26,206 nucleotides of DNA from a virus (lineage: Duplodnaviria > Caudoviricetes). Positions 19,893-26,206 of the stretch are shown here, one piece after another (positions within the stretch are counted from its first letter, which is position 1; every line of letters starts with the position of its first letter). The notes beneath the pieces were generated by a model. The model saw only the letters and a list, made by a program, of their open reading frames with translations, was not told the DNA's origin and searched no databases. The translations under genes and the position numbers were made by a program. The stretch is taken from IMG/VR virus record IMGVR_UViG_3300030433_002700, positions 1-26,206 of that record. One strand, 5' to 3'.

Positions 19893-22439
19893 ATGTTAAA
19901 TCCATTTTTTCTTCAGGGATCACAATCTGAACAAAATTTAGTCCAAGATCTCATCAACGAACAGTTGAGGATGTATGGTGTCGAAGTATATTACATGCCT
20001 CGTGAATATGTGACGACAAATACTGTCATCAAAGAGGTTATTGAGTCGAGATTTACCAATACCTACCCAATTGAGGCGTATGTTGACAGTTATGAGGGAT
20101 ATGGTGGTCAAGGGACACTTCTGAGTAAGTTTGGTATTCAAAATTATGATGACTTGAAACTCATCATCTCAAAAGATCGATATGAGAACTATATTGCACC
20201 TTTGGCAGAGTCTATTCCTAATGGGGAACTGACATCTAGACCGAAAGAGGGTGATTTGATCTATTTTCCTCTTGGTGACCGATTATTTGAGATCAAATAC
20301 GTTGAACACGAACAACCCTTCTATCAATTACAGAAAAACTACGTTTTCACCCTGACATGTAGTCTCTTCCGTATTGAAGATGAGGTTATTGACACTGGTG
20401 TTGATACTATTGATGATGAGGCTCAAGATCAGGGTTATATCCAGACACTTCAATTGATTGGTTCCGCAACAACTGCAACAGCTACAGCAACTCTTTGTAG
20501 TGGTGGTGCTGTAAACAGTGTCTCTATTACCAACATGGGTAATAATTATAATATTGCACCAATTGTATCGTTTAGTGATGCACCTTCTGGTGGTGTGACT
20601 GCCACTGGTATCGCAACAATTACAGATGCTTATATCAACTGTTCTGGTGGTGCAGGAGGAAAAGTTCTTTCAATTCAGATAACAAATGCTGGTTGTGGTT
20701 ACACCATACCACCTAATGTCAAACTGACAACACCTGACGGATATACTGGTACTGGTGCTGCTGCTACATCAGGTATTAGTACATATGCTTCTGTTCAATT
20801 CATCACTGTTACCGATGGTGGTGGAGGATACATCAGTACTCCAACTGTTGGTATCTCTACACCAAAACATGTCGGAGCAGCTGCAACTGCAATCTTGGCT
20901 CCACCATCTGGAGTTGGTGCAGGTGTAAGTGTTGTTTCTGCACCTATTAGTATTGGAGCTTCTGCACACCTGTTCCCATATGGAACAACTGGTGGTGTTT
21001 ACTATGATAAGGCTCCTACAGTTACATTCAGTCTACCAACTGGAACTGGTAATGCTGCTGAAGCCGCAGCAACCATGGACACTTATGCTCTGACAGGTGG
21101 TACGGTAAAGAGTCTTGCAATTACAACAGAAGGTAAGTTCTACAGTTCTACTCCAACAGTAACTATTGATCATCCAGGATTTAGTTACGCATCTGGTGTC
21201 ATAGGTTTAGCAGGTTCTTCAGTTCTCCCAAGTAGTGTTACATTTACCAGTACTGGTAGAGCATATAGGACTGCACCTAATGTTGCTATTACAACATCTG
21301 GAACTATGCTTCCTCCATATCAACAGGCTGTTGGTATTGCAACAATTCACCCAATCACAGGTATCGTTACTGATGTTTCCTTTGATGTTTCTGATCCATG
21401 GGCAGTAGGTACAGGAGCAACGGTTGGTTCAGGTTATACCGTTGCACCTAATATGACTTTCTCTGGTGACACTGCACCAATAAGGGCGACTGCAACAGTT
21501 ACAGTTTCTATTGCTGGTACGGTGAATTCCATCAGTATTGGAAATAGTGGATTTGGTTACGCAGAGTCAGTAACACCTAATGTCACTATTTCAAGTCCAG
21601 GTGGTGCAAATGAAGCATTTAGAGCAACTGGTATCGCAACAATCAGATACAACTCAATCAAAACAACTGGAACGATTGGTATCAGTACAACAGTCATCAC
21701 AGGTATTAATACCACAAATATGATTGTTGGTGATAGGGTTAGACTTGGAACTGGATACAGTTCTGTTGTTCCATCTGTTCAAACCTTCCCAGACGTTACA
21801 TTCGTAACTGGTATTGGGGTGTCTTCACTTACGATTAGTAAGACTACAACTAATACTGGAATCAAAACAGAAACTGTTGAAGTTGGTATCCAGAACTGTG
21901 GTATCGTAACTGGTATTAACATCACTTACGGTGGTGGTGGATATCTGACAGCACCAACAGTTACAATCACCAATGATACAAGTGAGAAGAATTATCACGA
22001 AGAGGTTCTCGGTGTGACTACAGCAACGGCTGGTGCTATTGTATCTTCGGCAAGTACAGTTTCCAATGTTTATCTCATCAATGGTGGAGCACAATATGTA
22101 CTCACACCAGAAGTAACTATCGGAAGTCCTGTTGCAGCTGGTTCTACAGTTGGTTTCGGAACTTATGTCTTCAATGAAATTGTGATCGGTTCTACCTCTG
22201 GAACAACGGCAAGAGTTAACGACTGGTCAAGTACCACAAATCAACTTGAAATTAAGATCGTTGATGGTACGTTTACTCCTGGTGAAACTCTCTATGGAAC
22301 TGAGTCTGGTGCACTGTATGCAATGAAGACACAAAACAAAGATGACTTGGTAACACCATTTGCTGATAACGATAATATAGAAACCGAAGGTGACAAGATT
22401 ATTGATTTCAGTGAGAAAAATCCCTTTGGAATGCCTTAA
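19893..22439 (+). CDS. gp14: Neck protein gp14 (head closure) with large internal repeat insertion
   Basis: MLNPFF.QGS.SEQNLVQDLINEQLRMYGVEVYYMPR, RPKEGDLIYFPL..LFEIKYVEHEQPFYQL and C-terminal IIDFSEKNPFG. The ATG at 19893, 1 nt after the gp13 stop, is preferred to the TTG at 19884. Confidence 0.93.
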   Translation: MLNPFFLQGSQSEQNLVQDLINEQLRMYGVEVYYMPREYVTTNTVIKEVIESRFTNTYPIEAYVDSYEGYGGQGTLLSKFGIQNYDDLKLIISKDRYENYIAPLAESIPNGELTSRPKEGDLIYFPLGDRLFEIKYVEHEQPFYQLQKNYVFTLTCSLFRIEDEVIDTGVDTIDDEAQDQGYIQTLQLIGSATTATATATLCSGGAVNSVSITNMGNNYNIAPIVSFSDAPSGGVTATGIATITDAYINCSGGAGGKVLSIQITNAGCGYTIPPNVKLTTPDGYTGTGAAATSGISTYASVQFITVTDGGGGYISTPTVGISTPKHVGAAATAILAPPSGVGAGVSVVSAPISIGASAHLFPYGTTGGVYYDKAPTVTFSLPTGTGNAAEAAATMDTYALTGGTVKSLAITTEGKFYSSTPTVTIDHPGFSYASGVIGLAGSSVLPSSVTFTSTGRAYRTAPNVAITTSGTMLPPYQQAVGIATIHPITGIVTDVSFDVSDPWAVGTGATVGSGYTVAPNMTFSGDTAPIRATATVTVSIAGTVNSISIGNSGFGYAESVTPNVTISSPGGANEAFRATGIATIRYNSIKTTGTIGISTTVITGINTTNMIVGDRVRLGTGYSSVVPSVQTFPDVTFVTGIGVSSLTISKTTTNTGIKTETVEVGIQNCGIVTGINITYGGGGYLTAPTVTITNDTSEKNYHEEVLGVTTATAGAIVSSASTVSNVYLINGGAQYVLTPEVTIGSPVAAGSTVGFGTYVFNEIVIGSTSGTTARVNDWSSTTNQLEIKIVDGTFTPGETLYGTESGALYAMKTQNKDDLVTPFADNDNIETEGDKIIDFSEKNPFGMP
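20460..22140 (+). repeat. About 10 degenerate protein-level repeats (A.A.A...G.V..I.IT..G.GY...P.V.I..P) inside gp14
   Basis: Counted by eye, e.g. VNSVSITNMGNNYNIAPIVSF, VLSIQITNAGCGYTIPPNVKL, VQFITVTDGGGGYISTPTVGI, VKSLAITTEGKFYSSTPTVTI, VNSISIGNSGFGYAESVTPNVTI, VTGINITYGGGGYLTAPTVTI, VSNVYLINGGAQYVLTPEVTI. Boundaries are approximate. Confidence 0.85.
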
Positions 22440-22447
22440 TCTAAATA
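22440..22447 (+). promoter_or_regulatory. Late promoter variant TCTAAATA upstream of gp15
   Basis: Intergenic, directly after the gp14 stop and 22 nt before the gp15 ATG. Confidence 0.65.
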
Positions 22448-22469
22448 GTTAGTATCACAGAGTAAGATA

Positions 22470-23468
22470 ATGTTTGATTATTTCTACAATGAGGTCTTCA
22501 GATCCGTAATCATTGGATTTGGTACACTCTTCAATGGTATAGAGGTTCGTCACAAAGACGGGAATGATGCTAACTTTAGCACCATTCAAGTTCCTCTTGC
22601 ATACGGACCAACTCAAAAGTTTCTTGCCAGAATGGAACAAGAGGCTAATCTGAATCGTCCTGTTCAGATTACTCTTCCAAGAATGTCTTTTGAGTTTACT
22701 GATCTTTCATATGACCCAAGTAGAAAGGTAACTCAAACACAGACAATTGTCACTAAGACATCTGATGGAGAAGTCAAAAAGACATTTGTTCCTGTTCCTT
22801 ATAACATGACAATTCAACTTTCGATTATGACAAAGTTGAATGATGACATGTTACAGATTGTCGAACAAATCTTACCATACTTCCAACCATCTTATTCACT
22901 TCCTATCAAGTTCCTTGGTAACTTGAATGAGGTCAAGTATGTACCTGTCAACCTTGATAACATCCAAATGGAGGATGATTATGAGGGTAACTTTGACACC
23001 AGAAGAGCTCTGGTTTACACCTTAACATTTACCGCCAAGACTTACGTTTACGGTCCTGTTAGTGACGTTACCAGTAGCATCATCGATAAGGTTTCTATTG
23101 GTTACATTGCTGGTTCCAAAGGTTCCAGATCCGCAGAAAGAGATCTTACTTATCAGGTCACTCCAAGAGCCACCAAGAATTACGACGGAGACGTTGCAAC
23201 CCTGTTGGCAGAAAACGTTGATAAGACAGAGACTGTCATTGAGGTTGAAGACGCATCATCGATCCCAGAAGATTCTTACATCTCCATCGGTAAGGAATCG
23301 ATTTATGTCAAGTCTAAGAGTGGTAATAAACTGATTGTTGATAGAGCAAGAGATAAGACAATTGCAGAAGAACATCTCTTAGGAGATTCTGTTGGTAAGA
23401 TCACCGTTGCCGATAATTCTCTGATCGAAATCGGAGACAACTTCGGATTTGACGGAACTGTATTCTGA
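22470..23468 (+). CDS. gp15: Tail sheath stabilizer / tail completion protein gp15
   Basis: YFYNE..R..IIGFGTLFNGI, VPLAYGPTQKFLAR, TLPRMSFE, PVPYN, QIVEQILPYFQP, DDYEGNFDTRR..YTL.F.AKTY.YGP. Confidence 0.95.
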   Translation: MFDYFYNEVFRSVIIGFGTLFNGIEVRHKDGNDANFSTIQVPLAYGPTQKFLARMEQEANLNRPVQITLPRMSFEFTDLSYDPSRKVTQTQTIVTKTSDGEVKKTFVPVPYNMTIQLSIMTKLNDDMLQIVEQILPYFQPSYSLPIKFLGNLNEVKYVPVNLDNIQMEDDYEGNFDTRRALVYTLTFTAKTYVYGPVSDVTSSIIDKVSIGYIAGSKGSRSAERDLTYQVTPRATKNYDGDVATLLAENVDKTETVIEVEDASSIPEDSYISIGKESIYVKSKSGNKLIVDRARDKTIAEEHLLGDSVGKITVADNSLIEIGDNFGFDGTVF

Positions 23469-23478
23469 GGACTGAATC

Positions 23479-23907
23479 ATGTCTAAAAAGTATGATGAAC
23501 TAGACCAGGCGTTTGATGTTTCTTCCACAGAAGTAGAAGTTACACCAGTAGAACCACCAGTCGATAAGAAGATTGAAAGACTGTCTTCTCAGATGGATCA
23601 CATTAAAAAAGATTATGAGTACACCAGGGGTAACTTATACTCCATCATCGAAAAGGGTCAAGAAGCCATTGATGGTATTCTTGAGTTGGCACAAGAAAGT
23701 GAGATGCCTAGAGCATATGAGGTTGCTGGTCAGTTAATTAAGAATGTGGCTGATGCAACTGACAAACTTCTTACACTCCAACAGAAGTTGAAAGATGTCA
23801 ATGAGGATAAAGTAGAGAAAGGACCAACCACTGTTAATAACGCATTGTTCGTAGGTTCAACAGCAGAATTACAAAAGTTGTTGAAACAGAACTCCAAAGA
23901 TAAATAA
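23479..23907 (+). CDS. gp16: Terminase small subunit gp16
   Basis: DYEYTRGNLYSIIEKGQEAIDGILELAQESE.PRAYEVAGQLIK and TVNNALFVGSTAELQKLL. SD-like GAGGA at 23467-23471. Confidence 0.95.
   Translation: MSKKYDELDQAFDVSSTEVEVTPVEPPVDKKIERLSSQMDHIKKDYEYTRGNLYSIIEKGQEAIDGILELAQESEMPRAYEVAGQLIKNVADATDKLLTLQQKLKDVNEDKVEKGPTTVNNALFVGSTAELQKLLKQNSKDK
23899..23906 (+). promoter_or_regulatory. Late promoter GATAAATA overlapping the gp16 stop
   Basis: NATAAATA match 16 nt upstream of the ATG at 23923. Confidence 0.65.
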
Positions 23908-23922
23908 CTAAAAAGATAAGAA

Positions 23923-24258
23923 ATGGCTGCCACTCCTTCTGTTAATATTGTAATTGCACAAGGTGCTGATTTCAGTGAAGTTTTCACATCTACTGAAACA
24001 GATGGAAGTGCATCCAATTTGACTGGATATACTGGTGTATCCAAAATCAAAAAATATTCAACTTCACCAACCTCTCAAAGTTTTACAGTCAGTATTACTC
24101 CAGCATCAGGTGAAGTTTCTATTGCAATGACCGCTGGTAAGACAGTTAAACTTTCACCAGGTAGATACAATTATGATGTTTATTTGACTTCTGCATCTGG
24201 AGCAGTCTCTAGACTGGTAGAGGGACAGGCTATTGTAACCGCTGGTATTACGACCTAA
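23923..24258 (+). CDS. Small beta-rich hypothetical protein, probable virion adaptor (BppU N-terminal-like)
   Basis: 111 aa with NIVIAQGADF..F, NLTGYTG.S.IKK, G.V.I.MTA..T..L.PGRY.YDV.L and RLVEG.A.V..GIT, a pattern typical of small phage structural or adaptor domains. The family label is from recall. Confidence 0.7.
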   Translation: MAATPSVNIVIAQGADFSEVFTSTETDGSASNLTGYTGVSKIKKYSTSPTSQSFTVSITPASGEVSIAMTAGKTVKLSPGRYNYDVYLTSASGAVSRLVEGQAIVTAGITT

Positions 24259-24259
24259 A

Positions 24260-24583
24260 ATGGCAGTAGTAAGACGCGTAGCACAACCAAGAGCAACAGT
24301 AAGAAAGACAACACCCGATAAACCAAGTGTTTTGTCTACAAGACAACCCTCTCGTCTTGAGGAGATGGGTGATGCCGACTTTGGTACATTGGATGCATCA
24401 AAGGATGGATTAGTTGTTGTTTATGATAATGCGGCAAGTAATTTTATTCTAGTTACTCCAGACGCAATTCTGAGAGAAGCTGCTCAAGACCAAGACATTT
24501 CAGATGAGTTCGTTACTCAACTTGAAACTGAGTTGGATCTGGCTGATATCGTAGTTGATAAAATTGATGGAGGTGCATTCTGA
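24260..24583 (+). CDS. Hypothetical protein: basic N-terminus, acidic C-terminal domain ending IDGGAF
   Basis: 107 aa, starting 1 nt after the previous stop. L.EMGDADF....DG.VVVYD...SNF resembles fibre-associated motifs. Paralog of the next gene. Confidence 0.75.
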   Translation: MAVVRRVAQPRATVRKTTPDKPSVLSTRQPSRLEEMGDADFGTLDASKDGLVVVYDNAASNFILVTPDAILREAAQDQDISDEFVTQLETELDLADIVVDKIDGGAF

Positions 24584-24816
24584 TGCCTACAAGAATCAGA
24601 CATATAACAAATGCAGATGAAGGATCAGTTTTCAAGGATAAGTACTTCTTTCAATATAATCACTCCTTAGACAGATTTGTTCTTGCTCCTGCGGATGAAG
24701 TTTTGAAAGAATCTGCACAGGATTTGGACATTGATGATCCATTCGTATCACAGTTGGAAGAAGAACTTAATGTAGAAAGGCTTAGTGTTCTTGAACTGGA
24801 TGGTGGATCGTTTTAA
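24583..24816 (+). CDS. Hypothetical protein, paralog of the upstream gene, ending LDGGSF
   Basis: 77 aa. TGATG overlap and a perfect GGAGGT SD at 24569-24574 with 8-nt spacing. Confidence 0.8.
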   Translation: MPTRIRHITNADEGSVFKDKYFFQYNHSLDRFVLAPADEVLKESAQDLDIDDPFVSQLEEELNVERLSVLELDGGSF

Positions 24817-24828
24817 AGACATTACTTA

Positions 24829-24836
24829 ACTAAATA
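24829..24836 (+). promoter_or_regulatory. Late promoter variant ACTAAATA upstream of the tail-fibre gene
   Basis: Intergenic TAAATA core, 28 nt upstream of the ATG at 24865. Confidence 0.65.
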
Positions 24837-24864
24837 AAGGTAATGGAAATAACGGAAAATTTCA

Positions 24865-26206
24865 ATGTCAGCACCCGTAATTCAGTTTAAGAGAGGTGTA
24901 CTGGCTAACCTGCCGGGTCTGAGAGCGGGTGAACCAGGATTCACAACTGATAGTTATGATCTTTATGTTGGTATTGACTCTACAACCAACAATAACCAGT
25001 TCGTAGGTTCTAGTAGATTCTGGCAAGTCAATACTACTACCGTTGGTAGTGGTGTTAAACTTGTAGAAGGTACAAACAACGGTACGAATACCGTTACCCT
25101 TAAGTCTCCTAACTCCCTGGCCGCCAGTTATACACTGACGATGCCTGCGGATGATGGTAACAGTGGTGACCTTCTTACCAGTGATGGTAGTGGTGGACTG
25201 TCGTTCTCTGCACCAGCCGCTTCTACTTTCACACTTTCAGCTGACTCTGGTGCTAACGATACCTTCTCTACTGGTGGTACTCTGACCTTCACGGGTGGTG
25301 AGGGTATTGACACCACTGTTAGTGATGACACTATCACTATTGCAGCAGAAGATGCATCAACAACTAACAAGGGTGTTGCATCATTTGATTCTGGAGACTT
25401 TGGTGTATCCTCTGGTGCTGTAACTCTTTCAGATGCCGTTGTTAAAACTGTTACTACAGACAGTGGTGCCTTAACTCCTTCATCTCATGGATTCTCCGTC
25501 CTTGGTGGTGAGGGTATGAATGTTACTCATTCATCAACCACAATCACTGTTGCTGGTGAAGACGCAACAGACTCCAATAAGGGTGTTGCATCATTCGACG
25601 CCACAGACTTCACAGTTTCTTCTGGTGATGTTACTCTGAATGCTGAGAGAGTCCAAGATATTGTTGGTGCTCAGTTAGTAACTAATGGATCACATACTCG
25701 TATCACTGCTACATATGATGATGCAGGAGATGGTGCAATTGATCTGACAGTTGATAACGACCTGGCAAACTACGATAACTCCACATCGGCGTTTATCACA
25801 GCATCTGGTTCGGCAACTCTCACAAACAAGACATTTGACGCCAACGGTACTGGTAACTCACTGTCTAACGTAGAAGTTGCTGACTTGGCAGCAGCTGCTG
25901 TTGTTCTTGAATCTGAGGGTATTGGTTCTAACGACAACGATACATCTCTCCCAACATCTGCGGCAGTTAAAGATTACGTTGATACACAACTTTCTTCTGG
26001 AACTTCTGTTGCAGCTGCTACTGTTGCAACGATAAGTGATGACACTGATGCTGCTCACTTCCTGACCTTTGTTGACGCCAACAACGGTACTGCAACTCAA
26101 GAAGCTATTAAAACTGACGCCGGGGTTACTTATAATCCTAGTTCCAATCTTCTTACAGTTGGTGGTGAGATTTCTGTTACCACTCTGGATATTGGTGGAA
26201 CCAACG
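24865..26206 (+). CDS. Tail fibre-like protein with Mtd-N/hyaluronidase-N-like N-terminus (3'-truncated; absent from the supplied ORF track)
   Basis: Manual translation MSAPVIQFKRGVLANLPGLRAGEPGFTTDSYDLYVG... is open to the window end (at least 447 codons). Fibre motifs include YTLTMPADDG..GDLLTSDGSGGLSF, NKGVASF x2, TLTNKT, LPTSAAVKDYVD and TYNPSSNLL. Confidence 0.85.
   Translation, partial: MSAPVIQFKRGVLANLPGLRAGEPGFTTDSYDLYVGIDSTTNNNQFVGSSRFWQVNTTTVGSGVKLVEGTNNGTNTVTLKSPNSLAASYTLTMPADDGNSGDLLTSDGSGGLSFSAPAASTFTLSADSGANDTFSTGGTLTFTGGEGIDTTVSDDTITIAAEDASTTNKGVASFDSGDFGVSSGAVTLSDAVVKTVTTDSGALTPSSHGFSVLGGEGMNVTHSSTTITVAGEDATDSNKGVASFDATDFTVSSGDVTLNAERVQDIVGAQLVTNGSHTRITATYDDAGDGAIDLTVDNDLANYDNSTSAFITASGSATLTNKTFDANGTGNSLSNVEVADLAAAAVVLESEGIGSNDNDTSLPTSAAVKDYVDTQLSSGTSVAAATVATISDDTDAAHFLTFVDANNGTATQEAIKTDAGVTYNPSSNLLTVGGEISVTTLDIGGTN
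25225..25640 (+). repeat. Two tandem 210-bp (70-aa) repeats in the tail fibre
   Basis: GGTGGTGAGGGTAT at 25294 and 25504, and AAGGGTGTTGCATCATT at 25369 and 25579; both offsets are exactly 210 nt. Confidence 0.85.

Noticed and set aside
20460-22140. Intein, intron or homing endonuclease as the cause of gp14 length
   Set aside because: No C/S...HN-C/S/T splice junctions and no LAGLIDADG, HNH or GIY-YIG motifs were seen; the insert consists of structural repeats.
188-26100. Many 60-140 aa minus-strand and alternate-frame ORFs in the track
   Set aside because: All overlap long, well-supported + strand genes, show no recognisable motifs, and are expected shadows of biased codon usage (GGT/GTT/ACT-rich).
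24260-26206. Diversity-generating retroelement, suggested by the Mtd-N-like fibre and duplicated segments
   Set aside because: There is no reverse transcriptase in the window, and the duplicated segments differ at all base types rather than only at adenines. The fibre C-terminus is outside the window, so a DGR elsewhere cannot be excluded.
1-26206. tRNA/rRNA/ncRNA, CRISPR arrays, intrinsic terminators, stop-codon recoding
   Set aside because: Intergenic gaps are at most 48 nt with no clear hairpin-polyU, cloverleaf or repeat-spacer pattern. All three stop codons end genes normally, and conserved genes are uninterrupted.

Overview
The window is a single + strand late (virion morphogenesis) gene cluster of a large T4-like myovirus, most likely a cyanomyovirus (Kyanoviridae-type; host not determinable from this window). 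Gene order: giant gp7-like baseplate wedge protein (5'-truncated, >3,200 aa), gp8, a 2,520-aa VrlC/DUF4815-like structural protein, a 75-aa coiled-coil protein, gp13, an unusually long gp14 (848 aa, about 10 inserted repeats), gp15 with an extra C-terminal module, gp16 small terminase, three small proteins (two are tandem paralogs ending DGGxF), and a 3'-truncated tail-fibre gene that the ORF track misses. T4-type late promoters (NNTAAATA) precede most units. No RNA genes, introns, inteins, mobile elements or CRISPR arrays were seen. The most interesting leads, both hypotheses, are a candidate modular fibre-docking cassette after gp16 and a pervasive G-[IVL]-[GSTA]-[ST] motif confined to virion proteins. 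All assignments come from motif recognition and synteny; no database search was run.
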